Positions 50,446 to 61,949 of a stretch of DNA of 64,000 nucleotides are shown here, in pieces. The translations under genes and the position numbers were made by a program. Within the stretch, counting starts at the first letter, position 1. Every line of letters begins with the position of its first letter. Source of the stretch: Vicugna vicugna (taxonomy: Eukaryota); assembly GCA_013265495.1 (NCBI GenBank), contig MU058478.1, forward strand, positions 249,816-313,815, written 5' to 3'. Under the pieces are notes generated by a model. The model was given only the letters and a program-made list of their open reading frames with translations. It did not search any database and was not told where the DNA came from.

Positions 50446-51770
50446 ATGAATACTGTTTTTAAGCAAACAGACTGCCTTTACATACCATAAGCTTTCAAAA
50501 TCAATTTTAAAATATAATTTAAAAGACTCTTCGTTAAAACTAACTCTTTTTTAAACTACTACACCACTCTTCTAGGCACAGAATTTTCAGTTTGACACTT
50601 TGAGTAAGTTAAGTTAATCTGCTGCTTGAGTTGGCTTAATGAATGTATCCCCGTCTAGATCACATGGAATTGTGATTGCCAATAATTACGGTGATGTCAC
50701 AGCCGACGTGTGTGACGCTGAAAAGAGATATCTGGTCTACACACTTCTATAATCAGACTAGAGGATGTCACACAGAGGGGCTTTCAGCATTAATAATTAG
50801 ACTCACAAAGAATAATCATAAGAAACCTGCCGTTTTGCGTGGCAGGGCCACGTGACCTCAGTCTGAGACACCCTCAATATCCCCCCCATCATCATTATAG
50901 CTAGCCTGGCAGGGAAGAGATTAACGTGGTTGACCTCTATCTCTGCTGAATATATGGTCTCTACGTGGGAGAAATGGGGCCAAAGAGGAAGTTTCCAATA
51001 CCCTGAAAAAAATCTCCGAGAGCTTCTCTTGAGAATGTTTCCATGACAGTGTCAAGGTCCCACAACCCACCGCACATCTGGTTCCCGGGCCATGAATCCC
51101 CATGGCTGTCCAGGGAGAATATGCCTGGGGTGATGTCAAAGCCACCTTGGCTGAGTCCTCACAGGGCAGGATGGCAAACGAAAGGTAGACTTGAGGGTCA
51201 CCCATCTTTTGGCCTTACATGACACCCCACACAACCTTTGTAATGGGTTGAACATTATCCTTTCTGGGCTGAGTCAGGGGCGCCCCTGCTTTATCTGCAA
51301 AGGTACTCCCTTTAATTTGCTTTCCCTGTGATAGATGTGTGGTTGGATTTAAGGCCATCTTGGGGAATCAGATGTGCATGCCCGGGATAAAAGATCAGCC
51401 TACATAATTATGAGTAGAATGTTACAAAAGTTATATATATATATATATATATATATTTTGTGTTATTTTTGCTGGAATCATTTGGTCAAGAGAGGAAAAG
51501 CAACTGATGTAAAACTGGATGGCTCTTATAACAAAATAGTGGAGATGAGATCTATTGCTTTTGTGCGTCCTTAAGGCATGTGCGTGGTGTGACCTTAAAT
51601 TCAGGTGGGCGATGGTGAAACATCCTCCCCAGTAGAAAATTAAATGAGCCTTTGTGCCCTCACAGTAACACCCTCTGCTCCTCAGAACCCTGCTTCAATT
51701 AAGCCAGAATTCCAACTCCTTTCATAGCAAGCTACAGCAATATGGGACAGTGCAAGTCAACATATGTAGC

Positions 51771-52144
51771 TGTTAAAAACATTTAACTCAGTGCAATTTT
51801 AAAGATCTAGTTGGTTTTATTCACTGCTTCATGAATTGGGCAGTATCCCATCTAGCAGAGAGAAAGGAGCAATACAAAATGAGAGAGTTTTATAGGCAGA
51901 AGGGATCCGGAAAAAAAGGAAATTATACTCGCGAAAAGTTAACTGGCTGGGAAAGGTCACTTTCCTAAGGGACAGCAAGGGTGTGTCCACCAGGGAGATG
52001 ACCTCACCAGGGCTGAACAGGGGAGTCCCAGCTGACCGGCTGAGCGTTGCATCTCTGAATGAGCCAGAACTGTAATTAAGACTCAGTTTGATGTTGCAGG
52101 CTTAGCATAAGTGACTCCATTTTGGGCTCATCTTGTTTTCCACA
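51771..52144 (-). mobile_element. 3' LTR of the provirus
   Basis: TG...CA termini and AATAAA on the minus strand (TTTATT at about 51816). It is adjacent to the PPT AGGGGGAAT and shares GCAATTTTAAAG and TCCCATCTAGCAGA-AGAAAGGAG with the 5' LTR. Confidence 0.85.
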
Positions 52145-52313
52145 ATTCCCCCTGCCCCTTTGATGAGACTCTCAGCCTCACTGAGAGATGTGATCAAAAT
52201 TCAAGGCACTGAAGTTCAAGCAGCTTTTGCTAAATTTCTCTGTGGTAGCCAGAAGACATAATTTTTTTCTTTTTTTTTTTTTGGTTGTTGAATCTGTTTG
52301 TGGTAGTCACAGG

Positions 52314-52940
52314 TCACAATGTCAGGTTCACATTCTTTACGTTGGTCATCCACTCTGTCCCTTTTCTGATGTCATAGTCTCTGGGGGAGATTCTTTGCTT
52401 GGTGGTCAGTGCCTGCAAACATGCATTTAAAGCTTTTGAGAGAAGACAGCGCACCAGGGAGTTTTTTCTGATGATTACAAACAGGGTAATTTCCAATATC
52501 TGGAGTGCACTTTGGAGCCATGGTCCCCAGGACCCAAATCAATCAAAATCAAATAAGTCAAAGAAAGACTCCGTTGGAAGAGTCACATTCCTAGGCCAAG
52601 TGGCTTACTCAGTGATCTTATGCAACTGACACTCACCTTCCCTGGAACTTCCAAGTGCAATGGGTTGTATTGGCTGAGGAACAAACATCCCCTTGCTCAG
52701 CTAAAAGTAAACCAAGGGCTATCCTATTTACATGAGCAGCTTTGCTCAGAGAGTCTAGGAAATTTTATTGGACAGCTATGGCTTTAGCAGCAATTCTGCA
52801 ACATCTTCATGAGTTAAGGAGTGTTTTCTGATCATAGCCTCATTTGCCCCCCCTCCTAGCCAGGCCAGTAGGGATCTGTTGAAGGGAAGTAACTTTGGAT
52901 TATGAATGCCTCCCAGTAATTTCTGTCTGAGTCTGGGTTA
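52314..52940 (-). pseudogene. env: Retroviral env transmembrane subunit remnant (gamma-type)
   Basis: Manual translation gives KAIAVQ*NFLDSLSKAAHVNRIALGLLLAEQGDVCSSANTTHCTW / EGECQLHKITE*ATW...SFFDLFDFD*FGSWGPWLQSALQILEITLFVII...LVRCLLSKALNAC. This covers the ISD, a degenerate CX6CC and the membrane anchor, with stops and frameshifts. Confidence 0.85.
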
Positions 52941-54119
52941 AGGGTCAAGACTGGGAAGGTGACAGTAATGGAGGCCAGTACAATCTGAGCCAATTTTACC
53001 AAAGACATTTTTAGTAAAACTATTTTTGTTACAGTTTTATATTAAACATGATCTGATTATTTTTATAAGTGCAAGAACAGTAATCAACAGCATAAGCTCT
53101 TTCTAAGACTGCCTTGCTGGAACTTTTTTTTTTAAGAAATCTCAAATTGATCTCTTAAAAGCCCGTGAGGCTAAGAAATCAAGCCAAAGTTTTGTCCATA
53201 ATACCTATAGTTGGGGTGAATTCCTCTTTTTAGTGAGGGCTTCAAAATTTCCAGAGGTTCCTGGCCTTGCCAGGAAGAGACCTTTCTTGCTCACCTGGTA
53301 AGGCTCTCAAGAGCCATAAACAAAGGACCAGCCAGTTTTTCCAAGGGGCTCTATTGGCTGAATGAAGTCACCTTAATTCCTTAGAGCTGTTTGGTCATAT
53401 CTGAGTCTATGGATGTTTCTCTCTGGTATGGCATTCCAGTCAAAGCCTTGATAACATAACCACTTTTTCCAATTCTGTCCTGTTACAAGGAGACCTGATT
53501 CTTATTGAACTTATCAAAATACCTAACTACATTGCCATGAAAAGTATACTTAAGAATTTCCAAATTCAAGTAGGGAGAAAAAGCAGATGTTTCACTCATG
53601 TTTGCCATGGTATATTTTGCTATATTAAGTCATAGATAACTTAAGATAAAAGGTTTCCTTAAACGTGGAAAAATAAAACATTAAGGAACCAACAAACTTT
53701 CAAACAAAAAATCATAAAAAAATTATAATCATACCCCTCACTTCATTCAGCCCAATGTGCTTTATACTTCTTTTACTTGAATCCAATTTTTCAATAAGTT
53801 CTGTAAATTCTTAGCAGGCTTCAGTTTTATGTTCTTAGAGTTAAAGAAACCTGTACTTGTCAAAATTCCTTCCATGAATCTCCTTGAAGACAAAGCACTT
53901 TTGTAGAAACACTTTTTTCAAAAGCATCAAAGTGAAACAATGACTTTTTATAAATGACAAAGGGCTTAAAAATGGCCATGGTTAAGGGTCTGATAAGAGT
54001 TTATCATAATGAAATAGACAAGGAAATTTAGTTATTTCTGTGATGTGAAACATTATAAGATGATAATGGGAATTATGAGTGTAACATAATGCTACATGCA
54101 ACGTTTCTAGGAATTTTAT

Positions 54120-54192
54120 ACACACATTATGTCGTACAGCTGAAGCTAACATAATGCTGTGTGTCAATCATACTTCAACAACAACAACAAAA
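54120..54192 (+). mobile_element. Very short L1 3' tip inserted in the ERV interior
   Basis: GTACAGCTGAAGCTAACATAATGCTGTGTGTCAATCATACTTCAA followed by a (CAA)n tail. Confidence 0.65.
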
Positions 54193-55212
54193 GAAATTTA
54201 ACAAAAGTGAAAATCGACGATGATAAAGGCAAATATGAGAAGGTTGCATAGCTGTGAATAAAACTTGACTCTTTTAATATTGAGAAGATTGAGGTTTCTT
54301 AAGTAATCAAAGACCTGATAAAGCCAATACGAAGCTCAGTAAATTATTTTGGTAATTACTTTTTCACCAGCAAATGTTTGATATAAAAATTTAAATAAAT
54401 GTATTACAAACTTAGCCACCTTGACCAGGCATAAAATTCTTTTCCCAAGATTCCTTTCCACAAACCTGCTACAATTTTGCCTGTGTTATTTCTTCTTCTC
54501 CTCCTCCTCCTCCTTCTTCTCTTTCTTCTTCCCTTTCTCATTCTGGAACATTCTACTTTCCTTAACTCCTTTTTATAAAGTGTTACTTCCTTTTACCTCT
54601 ATTATTTCTAAGCAGTTTTAATTACATGTACAGATTAGAATTCCCAACGTTTAGAATTCTTAACTTCTGGTGAAAACTAAGAAATATGTGATTATAGACT
54701 GTCTCTTACACCAGCATTCTGTACACTGGCCCAATATACTTCTAGAAATTTCATACTGCCTAGAAGTATATCCTTAGAATAAATTTTTCAATGTGGCACA
54801 AAACTGAATTATTAGTATAATCAAATATCTTAAGTTTCTCAGTAGTAAGAAACCAAACATAGATAAACCAATATTCAGTAATTAATAGTGTCAGTATTTT
54901 ATTGGGGAATATTCTAGATAGCCAATGGTTGCCCATTATTTAATTTAACTTGACAAAATTCTACCAAATTATTTGAGGACACTATTTAAGTAGGCATACC
55001 CTAAAACATCATTATTGCTGAAAAGTTCACCTCAAAACTCTGATCCCACTTCCATTAATTTAATTTGCTTTTTCTCAACAATTAAGTTAAGAATATCCAC
55101 AAACACGTCATGAGGCATTAAACAAAGTGTGCCATTGGTCCGAGCTATTTTTTCTTGCCAACAAACTTTGTAACAGAAGTAGCGTTTATTGACGAATAAA
55201 CCCAGGTAGAAT

Positions 55213-55858
55213 TGAGACAGGAGGGAAGAGGGCAGGGCACAGCCGTTCAAGGAGTGATTCAGCAATTATCACCAGGATGGTGGAAGATTCAGCTCCCAGT
55301 TGGCCTTGAGGATTAAGATGGCGGGAGACTTGACATCTAGTAGAGCTTGAGCTTCATGATACACTCATTGTGATATTAACATGCTAAGTGACACTCCCAC
55401 AGGCATCATGACAGTTCCAAGGTTTACCACAAAGGGTCAAAGAGTGGGCAGTGAGTGGCCCAACTCCTGGGAATCCCAGCCCCTTCCCCAGGGGGGTTGG
55501 AATGGTCCTCCCACTTGTTAGCATATGAAGCTGCTGCATCCATAAAAACTAACCACCGCCACGCCTCATGATCGCTCTCCCTTTTGAGTGAGCTGGACCA
55601 CACTCTGTATATGGAGTGTGTGTCTCCTGAACCCGCAACCCCACACATCGTGGCCTTTCTCTCACCTTCTGAAGCAGCCTGCCCTCTATGAAGTACGTAT
55701 CTCTCTAAATAAATCTATCCTTGCTCAACTGTGGCTCGCTCTTGAATTCTTTCTTGCGAGATGCCAAGGACCCACACTTGGCGGGGTGCATCCCAGGGGC
55801 TCACTTGAGACCTGGCACACAGCCCTCCTCTCGCCCCACATTTATTTTTCCTGTATCA
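55213..55858 (+). mobile_element. MER41-like ERV1 solo LTR nested in the provirus
   Basis: TGAGACAGG...TGTATCA termini with a 4-bp TSD GAAT at 55209-55212 and 55859-55862. It has a TATA-like CATAAAAA, AATAAA at about 55708 and a GAATTCTTTCTTGCGAG U5 motif. Confidence 0.85.
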
Positions 55859-57689
55859 GAATGAAAGTTGTACGTCTGCATTATATTAAATGTTAGTAAC
55901 AATCAAGACATGTCTAGTTTAATTAAACTAAACTTAAACTAGCTTTTGTTTACCAAAGATTTTCCTTGATCACAGCAACTTGAAAAAAACATTTGGTTTA
56001 GTTTCAATATGTCTGAGTCTAGAAATATTTAATTTGATAACCATTATTTTTGCTTTAAGCCAATTAAATCGAGCTCTTTTACAACTTACTTTTTGTAATA
56101 CCATCTGGAGGTAGGGGAAAAAAAATCACACATTTACAGAATGTATATATAGACACATAAAAAGACAGTTGCAAGCAGAGACTTAGAGCTTTCATTTTAA
56201 AACTCTGGCCGTGGGATGGGTATGGTAATGCAAAACTCATTAGATTATAAAATAGCAGATTCAAGTTATATCTCTGGCACTATGGGATGAATTAAGGTTA
56301 CCTGCTCAGATGCTGAAAGCTCTTTATTAGTATTTGTGGAGAAGACACTTAACGATTTTTCATTTGCTTAAGTTCCAAACAATTTCCCGGTCCTTTTTCC
56401 CTTTGGATAAGAGTTACCTCTCTTTATTTGCATATAAAGGAGATGACCAAGGTAAGAGTTCTTACAGAAGGCCAGGTAGAATATTTCCATCTCCAAGGCA
56501 CAAAGAAAGAATGCAAGTTTTTCCAAGAAGGAGTTTGTTTCACATCCCTGGAAGACTTTTGAGATAAACGGGGGAAGCTTGAGGTTAGTAAAAAGAATAG
56601 CTAGGTTTTGAATAGTTTCTGAAGCCACAACTCCGGTTCTATAAAGACTTCATGTACAAGACAAGGATAGCTGTTATTTTAATTCCTCAAAGAATTTGAT
56701 TGTACCCTAAATGCCTTCAAAAGGAATGACCCATTCGTCCAACTACCTTGTCTTAAATCTGCCTCTTTATGTCAAGGAGAAGATCGTCAAGTTGACGGAA
56801 ATCAAAAGGTTCCTATGTCCCAGATTTAGGGGCTTTTTCTCTGGAATGCCCTCCCTCATCGGGGTACATTGAGCTTTTAGGGGTGGAGGTCTAAAATCAT
56901 TCCTATCAGGTTCTGAATACCAGTGCCCAGTTTTACCAAATGCTCTTCATAGAGTTACTTGAAAAAAAAAAGTTTTCAAGTATCTTGTTGGGTTTCAGCT
57001 GGAACAAACAGTAAATATTCCTGTCAGTACTGAACACCCCCCTTGGATGCAAGAGGGGTCCCAAAAGAGGGTGCAAAGGTTTCCCAGAGCCCCTGTGAAA
57101 GACTGCCAAAAGAAAGAAAGAAGTAGTCAACTTCATTGAGGACCAGCAGCAAATTGGTAGGACCCTAGTCCCTAATGTGGGGCAACCTACATTTTTGTGT
57201 GGCCATATTTTTTTTAGTGCATTTGGCAAGATTTTCTATGAATTTTAGTTAATTTCCCCTTGGCTGTTGAAGGGAATTGCTGGTAGCAATTTACCAGAGA
57301 ACCCCTCAGGGCCCCGTCAACCCTGTAAGGTGCCCAGGGACCCTCCTTTGAAGGTAAACATGGCGGCATTCAGGCTGGTGTCAAAGGACTTGCACAAAAC
57401 CTTGGAGGGTAATATTTTTTTCCAGTGTCTCAGTTGATAGCAAATGAGTCATTGACTTCTGGACCAATGTTTTCAGGAGGGACCCCCGAGGAGTGGGCTA
57501 TGGAGGAGGCCAGGGGTTAATTTAGGTCTCTTTAATTTTTATTAGCCTTTTGCAAGAAAACTTTCATGGGAGCTATTTCGGAAGTTTGAAAAGACTTCTG
57601 GAGCTTTCTGCATATTGCTTAAACAAGGTATCCTATTCTGCATGCTTAATTTGGGAACCCTTGTTTCAAGTACACTTCTCCAATGAAAG

Positions 57690-57870
57690 CTATCGTCTCA
57701 CTGGAACATTCTCAGTAATGGTCATTGTCATTCTAGGTTGTCTGTAGGAAGAGTTGGCCATTCTTGTAGGTATGTGCTGCTTCTGGGGCCATGGTTCTTA
57801 GAACAAAGATTAGCCAGCGTGCCAAGAGGTGGAGCACGCAGATCTTTGGAACCTGAGGGTTGCACCTCTT
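57690..57870 (-). pseudogene. gag: gag N-terminal (matrix-like) remnant
   Basis: Manual translation gives APPLGTLANLCSKNHGPRSSTYLQEWPTLPTDNLE*Q*PLLRMF. This resembles the ERV1 MA pattern ...YG....L..W......L...WP..G.F and lies about 0.7 kb downstream of the PBS. Confidence 0.55.
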
Positions 57871-58544
57871 TAGCTAAGTCTTGGGTTTCCCAGAGCCTGA
57901 ATTATTATCTTACAGGGGTGTGCTGCTGGATCGATGATCATGGTGTCTTTTACTGTGTATCTCATCTCATGGAGATTTTCTTGAGGTTGGCTGGTAACCT
58001 AGTGAGTTTAATCCATTTCATGGCCAATTTATCCTAACACAGGAGCCTGAGAGTTAAGTGTCAAGTGTTCTAACAGTTACATTTAGACCTGCCCCCTGGC
58101 TCTCTAGATTTCCATCAGCAGCAACCTTTAACTCATGTGCATGTTAATATATCGGCAGTAACCACAGAGATGTTTTTGCAGATTGGCCAAGAAAAGGCCA
58201 TACGTGTACACCAACGGCAGATCCCAGTGTGGAACTGGGCATCAAACCAGCAGACCCCAACTAGGGACTGAGACAGCAGACTCTAACAAACGGGACTATG
58301 GACTGAACCAAGATCTAAGAGGGCTTGGGTTCCCGGTGGAACTCTGCCAGCCCAACTGCTTAGGTGCCCTGGATGGGAAAACCAATTAAATCAGGGGCTC
58401 ACTGCACAGAGTGGAGCTCAGAGCTGGGGGAAACTTATTTATAGCCCTTGGAAATGGTGAAAAAGATGGATAATCAAAGGGGACATGGGTACCATTTCTG
58501 TGTTTCTCATTCTGTGTTTCTCCTGAAGCCATCAGAAGTCTTCA

Positions 58545-58562
58545 GTCCCACCACTGCCACCA
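58545..58562 (-). promoter_or_regulatory. Primer-binding site complementary to the tRNA-Leu 3' end
   Basis: The minus strand reads TGGTGGCAGTGGTGGGAC. The plus strand TCCCACCACTGCCACCA matches the 3' end of mammalian tRNA-Leu(UAG/AAG) including CCA. Confidence 0.85.
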
Positions 58563-58792
58563 AAATACAACTCAACTGAGCAATTTTAAAGTTCTCATTG
58601 GCTTAATTCAATGTCATAAATCAGTCAGCCTTCTGTCCCATCTAGCAGACAGAAAGGAGTTTCGAGGAGCTAGATTACCTCAACAGTGCTCACCAGGTGA
58701 GTCCAGATTGACAGTAACGAAGTTCAGTCTTGATTTGGTGAAGTGTGGCTTAAAGTAACTGGCTCCACTTTTGGTCTGTTGTTTTTAATACA
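58563..58792 (-). mobile_element. 5' LTR of the provirus (internally deleted)
   Basis: Colinear with the 3' LTR but about 140 nt shorter, and adjacent to the PBS. Confidence 0.8.
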
Positions 58793-59689
58793 ACCTTTTA
58801 TAACAGTTTACAAAATGAGGTTAACTCCTGCACTTTGTAGCATGCCTTGGTTACCAACTCATGGTTTTAAAATAGACATGATTAACATGTTAAAATCTGA
58901 GGCATCCTTTATTGCTTATGTCCTAGAAGCCATTTACTTTGTGAAGACAGGGTGATTAATAACATTAATCAGCTTAATTTAAATGCCAGAGGGTAAATAT
59001 TTGAGGTCACATGTTTTGATGCACTATTTTTACAAATGTTGCTGGAGAGAACGAGTATCTAAAAGTCTACGTAAATTCTCTAAGCACTGAAATATGACTA
59101 ATTTAAAATCCTTTATGACCTAAATGAGAACACTTAAAAAAAAATCTCATTAACAAGTCCCTTGGTCTTCAGATACTTCTAGGAAAATTATTTTACCAGT
59201 TCCTTTTAAACCAGTTTTGACAGAAAAAAAAAATTCTATTGCCTTAGAAGTTTAACACAGAAAATCTGATCTGTCAGTACATTTATTCCTGCTTTTGGTT
59301 ATGAAAATGTAAATATTCTAAGTATAAAGCATAATAATTATCATATGCTCTATTGCTGGAGTCTCACTCTATTTTTGTGAGGATAATATGGGAAAAGGAA
59401 GTCTTTACCTCATCTTCCAAGCTGTGCTTCAAGTGCTTAAAATCTGGTCTCTGATTCTCCTTTTCCTAGAGTTTCCTAAATCACCTAGTCTAATTTGGAG
59501 TCTCATTTCCTGGACCATGAGTGTAGACCAGGCTTTCTTGTCACAGAGCACTTTAAGGACCTTGCAGTTACTCCTTTCCAGTTGGACTTTTATCTTCCCT
59601 TCTCAGCCCCTCTCCCAGTGCAAGAAGACAGGGATCCCATCTACCAGAGGACCTGAATTAGACCCTTGCTAAGTCTGTGCTAAACGAGC

Positions 59690-60945
59690 AAATGAATGAA
59701 TGAACATGTGTACAAACAACTATCATTTCCTTTCTCATTCCCAATGCAGTCAACCATTTAGGACATCTGGTCTCCACCTTCAAATGATATCCAGTATCTG
59801 GACACTTTACTACTCCCTCTAGACTCCATCTTCCCTTGCCTGGACTATTGCAGTAGTCTCTGACCCTGTCTCCTTGTTCCTACCATTTTTCCATCATGCC
59901 ATTGTCAACACTGCTATGAGAACATTACTTTTAAATATAAATTCAGATCATGGACATATATCTACTAAAGTTGCTCTAAGTTCTCCCCATATCATGCAAA
60001 AAAAGTAAAAAAAATTTACTAAGATCTACAAGGTTCAAAAAATAAATAAATGATGTAATCTGACTGCAGATGAATGAGGACCATATCTGTGCCTCTGTCT
60101 TTTGTTTGTTTCTTCTCCACACATGATCAGGACAGATTTCCTCCTTGTGTAGAGAGCCCTTCCCCAAGGTAGCTGGAGGGCACACTTGCTTCAAATCTTT
60201 TCCCTTGATGTCACCTATTCAACGAGCTCTATCTTGACTACTAAAAAGGAACGCAATATACAACCCCAGAATATGCTTCTTTGGCATAAAGATGATTTTA
60301 AGATAATGATTTTTGACTAACAGCAGGTACACTCTGAAAACACAGTAGAAGCTTGCCTTTTTGGAAGGAAAATTTACATTTATAAGGAAAATCTCCATTT
60401 GTCATTGTCTCCTTCTTTGTACCGGGAAGGGAAGGATGACTCTAAATTACAAGAGCCTCTTATAAATGGAGAAGGCAGGACTTAAATCTGTATAACATAT
60501 CTTACCCTTTTTACTGTGTTTTTCATGTACCCTTCCATAACTGCTCCCTCCACTCCCTCAACATCTTTCTTTTGTCTTCTGATGAGGATGATATCTAAGG
60601 TGGCCACCTTGGGGAGTTACTCATATTTCTGAGTAAATCCCATGTACACTGGAGGTATACATGGGGATAAACTCATTTGTTTTTCTCTTGTTAATCTGCT
60701 CTTTATTACAGAGGGTCTCCCAGGCAAGAACTCAGAAGGGTAGAGGGGAAATTATTCCCAAATTGAAATTTCAACCGTCTCCCACCCTCACTTTTCTTCA
60801 TAGCGTTTATCACCTTATACTATGCAGCATTCAATTCACTTACTTTGTTTACTGTTTATCTCCATTAGGGCAGCAACTTTTATTCATTTTGATAACTGCT
60901 GTATTCTGCATGACCCATATTAGTTCTCGCCATTGTTAGTGGCTG
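59690..60945 (+). mobile_element. L2 3' region split by an LTR insertion
   Basis: CCATCTTCCCTTGCCTGGACTATTGCAGTAGTCTC and TCAGATCATG. The L2 resumes at about 60760 with CTTCATAGCGTTTATCACC and ends near TAGTGGCTGCTCAA. Confidence 0.7.
60245..60760 (+). mobile_element. MER34-like ERV1 LTR
   Basis: ACCCCAGAATATGCTTCTTTGGCATAAAGATGATTTTAAG...TTTCTCTTGTTAATCTG...GAACTCAGAAGGGTAGAGGGGAAATTATT. Confidence 0.7.
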
Positions 60946-61949
60946 CTCAAAAAAAAAAAAAAAACCTGTTGACTTGATCAAAGTCTAGTTTACAAAAATA
61001 GACACAGAAACAGATATTAAACAAAAAATAATTAAAATAAAATATATTTTCCTAAGTCATTAGGATGATGGTTCAAGAAAGATAGTGACTTGACTTTGAT
61101 TATGGGATATTGAGCTGATAAAGCCAACTGCACCACCGATGACTGTGGACATTAAAAAAGTACATATAATTTTATCAATTATGACAGAATACCAGTGAAA
61201 GAAAAATCAACGCATTCTAAGACATGCTTTGCAGAATAGATGACACAGAAGTAAGTAGAGAGCAATTGGAATCTTCATATGGAAGATATACCTAAAAAGG
61301 GTCATTTATCAGGGCACGTTTGGCACAGGATTTAGTATCAGCAATAATGCAGACAAGAAACTGTGAACGGGGTATTTTGGTCATTCCATTGGTCAACAGG
61401 AAGAGTTAAAGGCAAAGGTAAGTTTGATAATAAAGCTTAACACTAGAACACAGAGTGTGAAGCTAAATCAGTAGATCATAGAAAAACAATTTAAGTAATA
61501 TGAACAACTTCAATAAGTCACTATAGTGTACAACATTTTAAAGATGGAATTTTATTACTCTTAACAAAGAGTCATAAGAGTCGATAGCCAGCAAATGGCT
61601 TAGTTTTCTTTTGCTGAAGACCAGGCACTTCCCAGTAATTTCAACTTTCATCAGCAAAGAGAACTACCATCATGTGTTTTGTAGGCTGGTGTCCTGCTTT
61701 GAATGGTGCATTAGAGAAATTAATTTAACCAGAAAGTTCAGGGGGAATGATACCACGTTCAGACACAAATCAAAATGTAATATTGTTTGTATGTGCTGTC
61801 GAAATGGAATAATTCTACATAATAAAACTGAAAAAGGGAGAAAAAAAAAAGAAATTAAGTCCCCTCCTCTACCCTTTTATGTTCTCAGTGGAGACACCCA
61901 ACCCTCATCGTAAAAAACACATTTGATTATGTACATTAGCACAACAACT

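Larger units (their letters stand above)
51771..58792 (-). mobile_element. Degenerate ERV1-class (MER4-group-like) non-autonomous provirus
   Basis: Two homologous direct repeats at 51771-52144 and about 58563-58792. PBS at 58545-58562 and PPT at 52145-52153. gag and env remnants lie in the correct order around an AT-rich interior. Confidence 0.85.

Noticed and set aside
50860..51390. Possible additional old LTR (also about 22100-22330)
   Set aside because: The composition is LTR-like, but I could not establish termini, a TSD or a family.
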